DNA of 64,000 nucleotides from Octopus bimaculoides (GCF_001194135.2 NC_068983.1:79452057-79516056), one strand, 5' to 3'. Positions 25,555 to 38,880 are shown, numbered from the stretch's first letter. Translations and numbers: made by a program. Notes: a model not told the origin generated them from the sequence alone.

Positions 25555-27150
25555 TAATCATTTTAGATGACAAGCATTTGGGACTTGTGCTGACCCATTA
25601 TACTACTGATGTTCTTTTCTTAGTGAAAAAACTGCTTGGAGGGAAAAATTAATTTAAGAACTAATCCTACTTACCATTTGTTGATTTGGAGGATGCTTTG
25701 AGAGAGCGCTGTAATCTGCAGTCTAGTGATCCTTAAGAAAATAGTTATGGGTGAATGGCTTGTGAGAATTGTGTCAGCATGCATGTACAGAGATGCAGTC
25801 AGCTAAGTAAGAGCTCATTGTGGAATTTAGAAAGTAGGTAGATGTTCATCAAGGCTTGGTTCTCATTGCCCTCCTATTTGATACAGTTTTCCAATGTATA
25901 TCAGGTTATTTAAAACTGGCTGTTCATGGGAACTCCTATATACTGATGACCAATTTCTGATAGCCAAATTTGGGAGACTCAGAAGAAATTATAGATGTGG
26001 AAGCAAAATCTAAAATTGAGAGGCCATGTGATGAATTTGGCAAAGACCAAAGTTTTAGTAAGCAGAAATGGAGAAAGGACTCAGAGAAATGGCTATTCTT
26101 GATGTGAGTTGGGAGGAACTTTATATGGTGTGTACAATAGGAACTATTGGTGCATAGGTGTACTGGGATCACAAACAGGCTGATGGAGAATAAAGAGTTT
26201 CTGTGGGGAAGATCCATAGTAGTAATTAACTCTCAGAACAAGAGTAAAGTTAATTCCTTTAAGTGCTTGGGAAGATCTAACTTCTGTTGAGCAAGCTTAT
26301 CAGCAGTGGAGAAGGATACTTTGAAAGCATAATAGCCAAAATAAAGAAGAGTGAAAACATTTCACTCTTCCTTATTCTGTTATTTCTGAAGATAACACAT
26401 TATTTCTTTGGGTTTAGGGTAAGTTTACATTTCTTGTGTTTGTAGTGAAATGCTAAAATGTGGGCACTGAATACAGAGGATTTGGAAAGGTTGGAGAGCA
26501 GGTGTTTGTGGGGACATGTGATGCAGGTGGATGAGAACATATCTACAGAAGTGGAAGGAAACTGTTGAAGAGGAACACCAAGAAATGGTGAAAGCTGATT
26601 TCAACATGTTGAACCTTAAGAAAGATGATGACAAAGATTAAATATGATGATAATGATATAAATGCATGTATCTATCTGTCGTGGCTGATGCCAGTGTTGC
26701 GTAACTGGTATGTGAAAAACACCCTTCAAATATTGGGCAATATGTTGTGCTTGAGAAGACCTCTTAAGCCAAGCGAAACTGTAGTCATGGCAGACGCCAG
26801 TATCGTCCGAATGGTACCCGTGCCGGTGGCATGTAAAAAGCACTGTTTGAGTATTGGGCCTCACAGAGTCAACAACAGGTGACCAAGGCTGTCAATGATA
26901 TACCATGCTTGTGAAGCCCTGTCGAACCAAGTGAGATCATAGTCATGGGCGATGCCAGTTTCACATCACTGGCACCCATGCCAGTGATACATAAAAAGCA
27001 TCCACTACATTCTTGGAGTGTTTGGCATTAGGAAGGGTATCCAGCCATAGAAACCATGCCAAATCATGCAGCTCCCCAGCTTACCAGTTTTCAGTCAAAC
27101 CATCCAACCCATGCCAGCTTGAAAAGCGGATGTTGAATGATGATGATGAT
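25555..27150 (+). mobile_element. Degenerate RTE-clade LINE (RT to 3' tail)
   Basis: Remnants of AFVDLEKAFD, GCSWELLYTDD, NLAKTKVLVS, the Cys-rich CxxC..W.HxxC.GI region and WALNTEDLERLE, then a 3' UTR ending ccatgccagcttgaaaagcggatgttgaa(tga)n. Confidence 0.8.
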
Positions 27151-28619
27151 GACACACAGATGCACACATTTATATCATCATCATATTTAATCTACTTCTC
27201 CATGCTTGCATGGGCTGGATGAGCCTTTCCAATACAGTGTGTCACCACTTGCTGCATCCTTTTGTCATCAGCTTTGTTAAGGTTCGTATGTATGTGTGTG
27301 TCTGTATGTGTGTGTGTGTGTGTCTGTATGTGTGTGTGTGTGTATGTTTGTGTATTTCCATATTAAATCATCTTTTAGTATTCTTCTGCATATGATTTTA
27401 TTCTTTTCAAAACTTTGGTGGGTTTTATATGAAAACTATTTAATGAGAAAATGTATTGCTTTCTTGTAGTTTTATTGGTTAGTTTCACACTAACTTAAAA
27501 TCTCATTTGCACTATAAGGTTAAATTTTTGCACTCAGAGACAGTTAACTTGATTAATAACGTAGACAGTCAGTGAAATTTTATGTCTTTTTCAGGAAATC
27601 TGCACTGACACCTTAGATAGAAGTTCTCTTTGTAAAGAAGTCTTGGTATTTTTTTGAACTGGAAAAGCACCAGATACCTTGTGAAAGCTTAAAAGAACCA
27701 AATAAAATATTTTGTTCTTTTAAAACTTTCACAATGCATCTGCTTTTTATTATTTCAATGTGAAAGCTAAATCACATTCCTTCCAAAAAATATCCTTTAT
27801 TTCTGTAAAATAAACTTTCATCTTGAAGCCGTGTAGTTTTCAATGATGCATTAACTCTACCGAATAAAATTTCTGCAGTAATAAAAGCAAATCTCCTTAA
27901 AACGTAATTTTTCCTTCCAGAAAATTCTTTACCTCATAATGCTTAAGTTAAAGTAGAAATGAAATTCTTATTGCAGCTTATACTGTTACCCAATCTAAAT
28001 ATGATCTGTTTTCTCTTGCTTATTAAGAATCTGTAAACTGATCATGTTTTTGGTGAGATTATTGTATGGCAGAAAAATGTCTTGCTTACCTTCACAGATA
28101 TTTGGTGTTTTTCTTTCTTCTTTTTTTCTATTTAAGGTGCATTGACTGTTGCTCCTGAGAAAATGAAATTTGTTGTACATCTGCACGCACACCACAAAGA
28201 AACACATGCAAATACACACATTTCATATAAAGCTAATTTCTTTAAAGATCAGAGACAAAAGAGCTATTCTCTATATTTAGTTTATACTAGTTTCGATCTT
28301 AATTGATTTGGGCAAAATTTATGTCTTCTCAAGTCATATAAGATGAATGCTATCAATGAAGAAGTGTGAATAGCAATACTTTCTGTAGGAAATAAAACAT
28401 CTTTTTACTACCTTATTTGCATCTATTTGCTCTTAAGTAGCTTTATGAATTATATTGATTTAATACTAGTAGTAGCAACAGATATTTAGTTACCATTTTT
28501 TTTTGTTTTGTTTTTACTAAATTGTATAATTTCAAATGGAGTTGAGAGAAGTTCAGTTCTCATATCAAACACTTTAAATCCCACCCTTCTCTCTCTTCTG
28601 CCTCCCCCCTCTCTCTCTC

Positions 28620-28673
28620 TCACTTTTTTTCTCACTCTTTCTTCTGATCTTTTTCTCACTCTTTCTCTCTCCT

Positions 28674-28737
<64 letters not shown>

Positions 28738-28757
28738 ATACACACACACACACACAC
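28620..28757. repeat. (CT)n + (CA)n compound microsatellite
   Basis: Direct reading of the sequence. Confidence 0.95.
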
Positions 28758-28799
28758 ATACTTTAATGAGCAATTTCAGACATTTGTATTTTTATGTTA

Positions 28800-28950
28800 T
28801 GTGCAAGCTGGTTGTTTGGATAAAAACCTTTGCTTCCCACCATCCATGGTTTCAGGATCAGTCTCACTGTATGGCACCTTGGACAAGTGTCTTACTGCTG
28901 TAGTCCTAGACTAACCAAAGCCATGTGAGTGGATTTGGTCAATGGCAACT
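28800..28950 (+). mobile_element. SINE family B head fragment, followed by (ATCT)n
   Basis: catggtttcaggatcagtctcactgtatggcaccttggacaagtgtctt...gtgagtggatttgg. Confidence 0.7.
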
Positions 28951-28962
28951 AAAATATCTAAA

Positions 28963-28997
<35 letters not shown>

Positions 28998-29334
28998 CTT
29001 TCTCATCTTGACATAGCTTGATAGTTGTAAATGAATGTGTCCAAGATTACAAGCTGTGTTATTTGTTTCCAATCTTTCATGAAAACATGTCCAGTCACTG
29101 GGAAATATTACCTCAGTTGGACACAAGCAAGGGTTGGCTTCAAGAAGAGCATCTAGCTGAGTTGAAAATCTACTGCAACTAAATCTAAACCATGCAAGTA
29201 TGGAAAAGTGAATGTTAAGATGATGATGGTTATGATGTTGGCTCTAATGATTTCATTAAGATGATTCTTGAAATTTGGTTGTTTTTGGTCAAACACCCAC
29301 TAAGCAAACCTAATTAAAGGTGTTGTACTCATAA

Positions 29335-29673
29335 AAGGGTAAAGACCCTTTTTGATCATGAATGACCATGGAATTGCACCTAGAAAGTTACCCTCCAAGG
29401 CACAAGTCAGAGCAAGGTTGTTTATGGAAGACCAGCAGTTACCCATACATACCAGCCTCCTCTCTCCATGCTACCAATGTTTTCCAAGGGAAAGGCAAAG
29501 GTCGATACAGCTTGGCACCAGTGACATCACAACTCATTTCTAAAGCTGAGTGAACTGGACCAATGTGAAATAAGGTGTCTTACTCAAGAACACAACACAC
29601 AGCCTGGTCCAGGAATCAAACTTACTACCTCATGATCCTGAGCCTGATGCTCTAACCTCTAAGCCATGTACCT
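29335..29673 (-). mobile_element. tRNA-derived SINE, family A
   Basis: Reverse-complement match to 873-1221 and 61098-61420. Its + strand ORFs (29352, 29362) mirror the - strand ORFs at 975 and 995. Confidence 0.9.
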
Positions 29674-29857
29674 TTACATGTTTTACTCATAACCCTTTTA
29701 TTATTTTTTTTTTAAGCGTATCATGTCTAGGACTATATTTTTTTCAAATGCAGTTCTAGACATGTGATCTTAAGGCAGTAGAGTGTGATATATGAGAGAG
29801 CTGATAGCTATTTCTGACTGCTCTCTGGACTATGTTACTGGATTGTGAAAGTGTAGG

Positions 29858-30083
29858 TTAACTTTTCTGGTATTAACCTGCCTGAGACTATCCCTACTTC
29901 TATGATACAAATTTCCTGTTTTAAAATTATCTAAATTAAAACTTTCTTTTAGAATTTCCTATTAATTTAGGTTTCAAACACCAGTTTAATAATGAGAAAC
30001 ATATTTCACTAAATTTTTCATTATTTTTTAAAAAATTACTTGAAGTAGTGTAATTTAACAGAAATACAGCAATAAGAGGGTAA
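29858..30083. mobile_element. piggyBac-like MITE (family 2)
   Basis: Colinear with 51196-51420 (aacctgcctg...acaaatttcctgttttaaa...atctaaattaaaac). TTAA-like ends. Confidence 0.55.
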
Positions 30084-31169
30084 GCAAAATAAGTTTTGAC
30101 CTTTCTCATAAGACCTTGCAGAATGGCATAATCCCATGAATACATAAGATGCAAATTAGTTTCTTTCTTTCTTTTCTTTTTTGTTTAATTAAATCATATT
30201 ATTTAATTCTTCATGTACCTTTTGTAGCTTTTCTGTTTTATTCTTTTGAAAAACTTAACCAGTAAATTAAGGATTTAATAAAAGAAAATTTCTTCTGTTT
30301 CTTTTAGCTTAGGTTCATAGCTTCATATTTGTTGCTGAGAGAGAGAGAGCGTATGAAATTATTCTGAAGCATGGAAAGATAATCTTATGGTGATGTAGGG
30401 CAGTAGGCATCAAATATTACAGTAAACAATGGGATTGTTACGTGAAATTTTAAATTTAGGCAAGACTTATGATATACACTTGATTAATGGTTGATGCTTG
30501 GAAAGGATATTAATCCCTGTTAGGCTATTCATCGCATGCTTAATTGAATTAACATACTTTTAAGATTTTTTTTTCTAGTGTTCATTTAAAAATGTTTTGA
30601 AATCTCTGAAAAATATTGCAATAGAGATAAATATATAAACTAACAATTACAGAGAATGATACAAATTTTATAAGTATAAAAATAATATTAAGTATCTCCT
30701 ATAACAACTGTGAATCAAAAATATATATATGTATATGGGAGTTAAAATTCTTATCTTTTGAAACTTTAGCCTGTGTGAAAATTTGTTTCTGAAACCCTTG
30801 ACTAAGCTACATTACCCAAATAATTCAGAGGTGGTTTGTGTTTACATAAATGCTCTTCTTTATCTTAACACCAGTTTCCTTTCTTTCATTTATGTTGGTT
30901 ACCCATTGATGGGCAACATTGTCTCTCTTTAACTTTGGCTAACTCCTACAGAGAGATGGGTGAAACTTTGTAATTGTGAAGTAAGATTTGTTTGTTAGCC
31001 CTGACTTAAAGTAAGATGAAACATATATTCATATATAAGTACAGCTGAAACATATTTAACTCACTTTTCAATCAATCTGATGAATACTTAAGCTGTCATT
31101 TATTTTCCATAAGCGAAAAATTAACTGGGGATTGAATTAATGGTGGTTGACTCAGTTAGATATGTATTA

Positions 31170-31640
31170 GGGAGTAAGGTGTTGTTGGTGTAACAAGTTC
31201 CTTGATTCTAGAATACTTTATGGACTGATATGTTGATTGACTAGTGGGTGCTTCACTCAATGTACAGATAAACTTCATTTTAAAGTGCAACCTTGCAAAA
31301 ATAAATACATCTCAGTTCTAGTGTCCCTGGGATTGTCCTGTGATGATGGAAGAGTTCCAATGGGTTTACCTTTTGTTCCCAGGTTAAAAGTATATATGGG
31401 ACACAACAGTAAGTAAATATTTTGTCCCCTCGGTTATTCTAAATGCTATGTGGACTACTGTATCTATGTTTGAGCAGAGTATCTCACAGAATTATGAGTA
31501 ATCATAAACAAATTACATTTTGTAACTCATGGCATTTGAGTTGTTTGATGGAGCTGGGTAGAGAACCATGAAGTTGTTGATTTCTTTGGTATTTCGACTA
31601 AAACATCAGGTGAGGTCATGGGAAGTCATGGGTGTTCCAA
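31170..31640 (+). pseudogene. Decayed Penelope-like element reverse transcriptase fragment
   Basis: One frame with in-frame stops gives GRVPMGLPFVPRLKVYMGH (cf. PLE GxxMGSPLxPxLANxYMG), then KCYVDYC at 31447-31458 (cf. RYVDD) and HEVVDFFGIS (cf. LPFLDI), in the correct order. Confidence 0.6.
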
Positions 31641-32005
31641 GGTATCAGCTTCACAGTAATGCTGCAAGTGTCTTTGATTGCTTCTGTAGATAAAACATAA
31701 AGATGTTAATGCATATGAACTAGCATTATAATGCCTTCTTTAGATATTGTAAATAAAGTAGAAATTAATATTTTTCACTTTGTAAATAGTGAAGTGTGCA
31801 AATGAGAACGTTTTTATTTACTCTAACCCATTCTACACTATGTAGTATATATGATTTGTTAATTGTTTCTAGAAATTCATAAGGCATCTGCATTAGTCAT
31901 TCAATTGTTATTTAAGAAAGATGCTTGATGCATTTTAGCAATCACTTATGAAATGCAGCATTCTGGTATTTCCTACAACTCATCATATTATTCTTAGTTT
32001 AGAAA

Positions 32006-32165
32006 CATGTTTCAGGTAAATGTTAATTTTCTTTTTAGCCTAATTAGCTGCACATATTTTAGATACGTTGTTTTCCTTTTTGTTTTTGATTTTACCTCAT
32101 TAGCTACACATATTTCAGGTAAATGGTGTTTTTCTTTTTAGACTAATTACCATTACATATTTCTG
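32006..32165. repeat. Degenerate about 50-bp minisatellite (about 3.3 units)
   Basis: Recurring catatttcaggtaaatg...ttttctttttag.ctaattagct units. Confidence 0.7.
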
Positions 32166-32916
32166 GAACAAAATAAGAAAATGAGTTAAAATATTTGCTC
32201 TCATTTCAGTAGTGAAACATTTCTTGTGTCCAATCTGACATTGTTCAACTAGTAGTTACTAAGGTAACAGACAACATAAGGTTTATGTCACAGACTGATA
32301 TATAATTACATCTAATTAAAATTAATAAATTCAAACTAACTCTAATGATTGTCAGTAAAAAACCGTCATTTGGTGTACAACTTAAATTTATTAGATACGT
32401 TCTTTAACATAATTTATTAATAATAAATACAGATAAGTTTACTGAATCCTTAATTGTCATAGGTTCAGTCAGGTTTTGAAATAATCTTATAAAAACAATT
32501 TTTTTAATAGAATTTAGTGAATGTTTTAACAAAATATTTTTAGATGTAAATTTCAAGATATTTGCAATATGTTATGCTTAAAGATACTTTCCAAATCAAA
32601 ATATTTCTTTAAATTATCATCTTCTCAATATCAATTGACTCTGGACAGAGGTTATTTTCCATCTTAATTTATTGTGAGGATTGAATTTAAATTCGTTTTA
32701 ACTTCACTTGAGGCCTGGTTAAATTTAATTAGAGACTTCTGGTGCCAGCAAATTATTTTCTGTTATTCTTAACATATAACCAAACATTGTTGTCTTAAAT
32801 TGGTTTGCATCCTTGTAAAAACTGTTGGATCTCTTTCTCTTTCTCACTCTCTCTCTCTCAAAGGAATGTAATTCTAAATATAGAAGCAATCAACTGTATA
32901 CTCCATTTATAATTAT

Positions 32917-33030
32917 TTGCCAATTACTCTTCCTTCTGTCATGTCTAAGATAATGGAAATAGTTATAAATAATGACCTACTACACATTCAACATTGTTCA
33001 ATGCCAAAAGCACTGGTAACCTACTCCCTT
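32917..33030 (+). mobile_element. CR1/Jockey-group LINE RT fragment
   Basis: PITLPSVMSKIMEIVINNDLL matches RPISLLSxxSKxMExxIN, followed by a KSTGNLL remnant. Confidence 0.55.
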
Positions 33031-33819
33031 CATAAAGACCTATTTTTTCTTTTTCTTTTCAGTTTTATCACGAGAAATTTATTCTTAGTTTTACACCTGT
33101 AATTTTGGGAGATTCGTACTATTAATTTTTATACCAACACAAAGTAGTGCCATTATCTGTAATTTTTCATTTGCTCAAATTGTGTTATCCCTGATATAGC
33201 TCTGTGATTTCTCTTCTGTTCAAAGGGCTTTTATATCTGTCATTTTATTGATCAGTTTTCTCTTCTTCAGTATTGAATGAATTTTGTTACAAAAAAAGGG
33301 GGAAGCTTTTGTGAACTCTACTTACAAAATGAAATTCCAATTAACTTATTGCTCTAATGACATTTTTTAGAGTTTTTTAATATTTTCTGTTATTTTATTA
33401 CAAATTTTATTTTTACTTAATTCCTCTTCTTAAGATCCTTTTATCCATTTCCAGCATTTTCTCATACTGAAAATTTAGATTTTGTACTTCAGTTGAAGAT
33501 GCCATGTTTTCTATGTATGTGATTGTAAATGCATTAATAAACCAGCTAGTTTGAATTTGATCGAGTTTCTGTTTGGAGTGGGCTATGTAAAATTGATATC
33601 TGGTATAACCAAGTTAATCCACTTAAGTCTATCACTGGTCAAATGCTACAAACTTGCTCATAAACCCATTATTAAAGTTTTCATTTTTAAGCTATTAGAA
33701 CATCAACTGATTCTTCCTCATCACCTGAATGATAATGAAATATTTTGACAGGTTAACATTTCTTAATAGATTTATGTAAATCTTATTTCAAAACCAAATT
33801 AATTAATGATGTATGTGTG

Positions 33820-33826
33820 TTATATG

Positions 33827-33912
<86 letters not shown>
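33820..33912. repeat. (TC)n(TA)n compound microsatellite
   Basis: Direct reading of the sequence. Confidence 0.95.
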
Positions 33913-33916
<4 letters not shown>

Positions 33917-33924
33917 ATTTTGAG

Positions 33925-34140
33925 TGTGGCTGTTGCCAGTACCGCCTGACTGGCCTTCGGCCCAGTGGCACGTAAAAGCACCCACTACACTCTCAGAGTG
34001 GTTGGCATTAGAAAGGGCATTCAGCTGTAAAAATTTTGCCAAATCAGTTTGGAGCCTGGTAGCCATCTGGTTCACCAGTCCTCAGTCAAATCGTCCAACC
34101 CATGCTAGCATGGAAAGCGGACATTAAACAAGGATGATGA
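33925..34140 (+). mobile_element. RTE-type LINE 3' tail, relatively young
   Basis: gtggcacgtaaaagcacccactacactc...gaagggcattcagctgta...ccaacccatgctagcatggaaagcggacattaaac...gatgatgat; same family as 60600-60790. Confidence 0.85.
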
Positions 34141-35904
34141 TATATTAATATTAATTGAAGAGTACAGTATTATATATCCATTATGGCCAATCCTACCAGT
34201 TGGTACCCAAAACAATTTGTAAAATCACAGTACATGCTACCAGGTTATGTACATGGCAGCTTAAGATATGTATAAGAGGTGTGTGCATGTGTTTGTGTGT
34301 GTGTATATATATATATATATAGACAGACACACATGGCAAAAAATCTCAATACATAGCTTATTATTGGTTTGAAGGTAATTAGTTCCATTGCTTTGTGATT
34401 GTTGAGCTTGTTTGTTCAGGTTATAAACTGATTATTCACTCCTTACTTTCAATTCTGAATAGATGAACATAACCAAAGAATCTTAGAGTTGCAGTACAGT
34501 GAGTCAACATCTTCAAAAGAATATCTGTCTTTTTAATTGTCAAACTGAAGTTATTTTTTTTTTAAAGTAAGTTTAAGCAGAACAAAGGAACATTTACTTC
34601 CAATGAACACTCAATGCTGAGAGTTGAGTGAAATTTGTTATAAAATTTCTACTGAGTGAGACTTTTATTTGTCGCTGGATGACTTACTCAACCAATCTAG
34701 GTGAATAAGTCCAACTCAGCTTTTGTCAATACAACATTTTTAATAGATATTTGTCTATTTATCTATTTATTCAGACACACACACACAGAGTTAATTCACT
34801 AAATCCTTCCAAATTCTTCGCTTTTATTTTGTTTTGAAAATTAGGCAATTTCGGTGATGGTCACTCAACATTCAAAGTTGTTTTTAATTCCTGTCATTTG
34901 CTTCATTATGCAATGAATTCGGTCAGTAGCTCTTCTCTTTGAAGTTGGTGATAACAGGTGTTGGTAAAAGGTCAGATGAATTAATTTTGATGATGGTTCA
35001 CCTCACATTGATTCAAAAGTCTGTAATTACTTTAAAGACTCTCGTTACCTATCTAATAAACCTTAGCCCTTCTACTCAGTAATTATTAGTGAAACAAGGT
35101 TGAAATGAAGTCAGTGTATTTTACCAGGTAGCTAGTTAACTACATAAAGCTTCATGACCTACACTGTGTTGAGTATTCAATACAGATCCTATTATCTTTT
35201 ACATACTAGAAATAAATGTAATTGAGAATGTGTAATTAAGCTAATTGTTATATGAATTCATATAAGTGGGAAATAACTACTTCAGCAAAACTATTTTCTG
35301 TAAAGCTCAAACACAAAATGAGGAAACTTTTGTATGAAATACATTATTACACACATGCATATGTGTGTGCATAAAATATGAAGTTTCTACTTGAATCAAT
35401 CAAGTGTGATTGAGAATGATTAATTTTTTTCTTTCTTCATTATTTAGTCTGTAATCATTAGTTTTATATTTATTTACTTCTATTTATTCTAGAGTATATG
35501 TAATTTATTACTTACTAGAAAACTTTCTAACTGTTTTGTTTTAATCCTGAAAAATCAATTGTACATAATTAATTTGGCGTTTCCTAATACTTTCTATAAT
35601 TGATCTTCGAGACAGTGGAAGTGCATATTAAATACATTTCTTAGTTTTCTTTCCATACAACACTTTCATTACCATTTTCTTTCTTTATTATTATTTTTTT
35701 TCCCATCATAACTCGTTTATTAGGAATCCCAATTCCTAATGCATATTATCAGTAAAATTAAAATTAGCTAATGAATTATTTCATATTAGTTATTTTTTCC
35801 TTAAAGTTTTGATTCATGAACTTTATATAAATAACTGAATGCTGTTACTTGTAACTGAAGAATAACATTTTAATATAAAGTTTATATAAAGTTTACAAAA
35901 GTGT

Positions 35905-36435
35905 TTTAGCAGTAAAGTTTATAATTTAAGTAGACAAACTTTTTAAATTGGTTCAAATATTTTTGTGACATATTTGATCTGTAAAAAAACATTTTTCACT
36001 GCAGTTTGCCATGAAGAAAATTCTTGCTTCAGACACTTGGTGTCAAAACACCATCAATCATCTCAGGGCATCTTCTGGTAGACTGATAAATGTATTTCTA
36101 TCTAATTTGGCTATCATCAGTACCAGATACTATGTTAGGAAGACTACCCTGAAGTGACTTTGGAAATTACTGCCTCATTTATAGAAAATCTGCAAAAATT
36201 ATTTGCCAATTTGTGCAATCAGCTGCTAGGCCATAATGAATTAAGTATTATGCATGTTAAGCAGTGTTGTGAACTAAACAAATCTTTAAATCAGCTCAAA
36301 TATGTTTGTGTCATATTTGACCTGTAAAAGATCATTTTTCACTGCAAGTTTGCTATGGAGAAAAATCTCTCTTTAGACAATAGGTGCCAAAGTGCCATCA
36401 ATCATCTTGGGGTACCCTCTGGTGCACTGATAAAT
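35905..36435 (-). mobile_element. Partial tandem repeat (period 344 nt) containing one hammerhead fold; retrozyme/pLTR-like
   Basis: 35905-36091 aligns with 36257-36435 (ctgataaat at 36083 and 36427). The HHR fold lies at the junction. Confidence 0.6.
36083..36126 (-). ncRNA. Minimal type I hammerhead ribozyme motif, helix II decayed
   Basis: Minus strand CTGGTA CTGATGA TAGCC-AAATT-AGATA GAAA TAC ATT TATCAG. It has a 6-bp helix I, an intact core, an AUU triplet and two mismatches in helix II. Confidence 0.65.
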
Positions 36436-36559
36436 AAGACAATCCTTGGTTTACATAATATATATATTAATTTATGTTTTTGACATATCATAGATTATGT
36501 TTTTGAATTGGTAGAAGGACTTTGCCCATGGTTTTTTCAGGGCTTTCAAGTTGCCAATA

Positions 36560-37150
36560 ACGTTCTTCCATAGCTCCATGGCTTCTAGGAGAACCTATCT
36601 GGAGAGGGTAATCTAAAGGTCCAATGTTCATGGAAGTTCTGAGCAACAACACTATTTTCATTGAATTTCTTGTGGACCAGAGCCTGCATATGAGTAACAT
36701 AGAAGAGACAGTCTCCAGTTGATCTAGTTTTACAATAGTGATCTTAGTGATGATTAAGGAGGGAGAGAAATTCATTTGTTGAAAAGGCTTTTGTTAGCAA
36801 CTAATTGCATCACCTTTCGAATGAAGGAAGTGAGTGAAACTATTTGTTACAGACAGCTGAAGATTGTGAATAATTTACAATTTTTTAGTATGGGATGAGT
36901 CTGAGAGCAAAGTAGAGTTGTGGACGTTGAAGTAACTGGTAACAATGACTTCAGAGCTGAAGTAAGGTAAATGCCTTCAATATAGGAAGAATTATAGTAA
37001 AAATGTTATTGGGGGTTGAAGAAGTTTAGAGGATCAGGAATAAGAGTCTCTGAACCTGAGTAACTGGAAAGGTTTTTGCTAATATCCAGGTGAGAGAGAT
37101 GACTGGTAGAGAGAGTGGAATCTAAATGTGTGTAGGCACCATCTTTTTGG
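36560..37150 (-). mobile_element. Highly decayed LINE (CR1/L2-type) endonuclease region
   Basis: Purine-rich + strand, pyrimidine-rich - strand with weak AP-endonuclease-like remnants. Recognised only by general pattern. Confidence 0.3.
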
Positions 37151-38841
37151 GAGAAGTTTGAGTAGCCTGGACAGCAAATATGGACTATATAGGTAAAAAA
37201 ATGTAGAATGGGATTAGCAGTTTATGTGTAAGAAGTGATGTGTGATGTTGAATTTGGATTAGAATCTATAGCTATTAGAGCAAAGAAAGGGAGAACAGAA
37301 GTGATGAAAGTGTAATATTGTTTCAGTTAGAACTGAATGTTGAGAGAAATAGCCCTAACATTAACTGTTATCTTGAAATTAATAGATTGGACTGTAATCA
37401 TTTTCAGTTGCATGAGACTGTGAACTTAAAATACTCAAATATTGATCATATGACTTTGTGATCAAAATTTATTATAGCTTTTGTTACAAGACCATAATGA
37501 GCATACAATATAAATGATGAGAGGCAATGTATTGGCACCAAAGAGTTTGGCTTTCCATGTAGAACATGAATAGAGGTATGTAATGTAGGACAATATATTT
37601 TTGGTGAAACAAGATTTTAATTGAAGAGTAGTCACAAGAAAATTCTTACATCAAAGATGCTGTTATCTTACTTCTTTTAGAGTGAATAGACAGGACTTCA
37701 CTGATATGAAATCACTGTAAAGAGAGTGCACACAAAATGAGAAATGGGATTTCATGTTGTCTGACTAAAACTTCGTTCATTAGTTGCACTGGAGTAAGTT
37801 ATCTTACAAACAACTATATAATTAAGTACCTTGATTGTTCAGATAGTCACTGGCAATAATATGTTATTTTGGTAGCCTAATTCATGCTGAAGGTGAAACT
37901 CATAAGAGCAAATGATAGAAAGGTGGTGTTTTGGTAATTGAGAATTTATTTATGTAAGTTGGGAAATATATGCAAAGAACATTGAGCTGTATACAAAGAA
38001 GCAGAATACATGCAGCATAATGGTTTGGAATATGTTGAATATATCAACTTGGTAAAACTGAGCACAAATTACCAGACATGATAGGAAGTTAAAGGTATTG
38101 GGTAACGTATGGGGGTTGCAAACTGTACAGATTTGTATATAAAATATAACTAAATGGTACATATTAAGTGAGAAACTGTCTCAAATTTGTATTGGGTGTA
38201 TGAACTGAGACTTAAGTAGTGATTACACTAAATCTTTAAATATTGAATGGAAGTCTTCACAAATGAGATGACCAAAAAGTAAGGCACTTAGAAAGAAAGA
38301 TGCTGTATTGGAAACTAATCATTATATGCTAAGATATAAAAGAAAAAACACCTGAAGAGACTGCTGATAAAGTGTCTGTGCATGTATCTGTCTACATGTC
38401 TGTACTTGCATTATGCATTTTTACAACCAGTATCACTAATGACTTGTTAAGCTAATCAAGTTTTATTGGTGTTAAAATAGGCTGATGCCATTGGGTTATT
38501 GTTATTTGACAAATTAAACAAAAATTTGCTGAATTTGTTAGAAGAAAGAAAAAGATGATTTGTGAATCGTGTGTTTCTGAAATTCCCTTTCAGCTAATGT
38601 ATATATTGTTATGTGTTTTATAGAACTTATTTCTGGTAATCTAATGATTTCTCCTGTTTCTTATTTGATTTGATTTTAATCAATCAAAATTAGTGTCATT
38701 ATTTCTGCTATATTTAAGTCACACAAATAATTTTTTTCTTTAGCAAGATAGTTGGAACTGTTTTGTGTAAAACAGGAAAGTAGAAAGACATTGCTTATGA
38801 TATCTAGGAAAACATTCCTGTATATATTACTACAGATGATA

Positions 38842-38844
<3 letters not shown>

Positions 38845-38880
<36 letters not shown>

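Noticed and set aside
31077-31135. CTGATGA...GAAA with a 5-bp helix I-like pairing (tcaat/attga) just upstream of the PLE RT fragment
   Set aside because: There is no NUH triplet before the helix I strand and helix II pairing is poor. At most an unrecognisable fossil.
31316-31408. Apparent 93-nt exon VLVSLGLSCDDGRVPMGLPFVPRLKVYMGHN with a perfect gtaagt donor
   Set aside because: The frame continues past the donor into YVD and DF motifs, so it is better explained as a Penelope-like RT remnant.
35998-36081. Duplicated acceptor-like tttttcactgcag followed by a short open frame (FAMKKILASDTW...), suggesting tandem exons
   Set aside because: No good donor, and the duplication is better explained by the minus-strand hammerhead unit.
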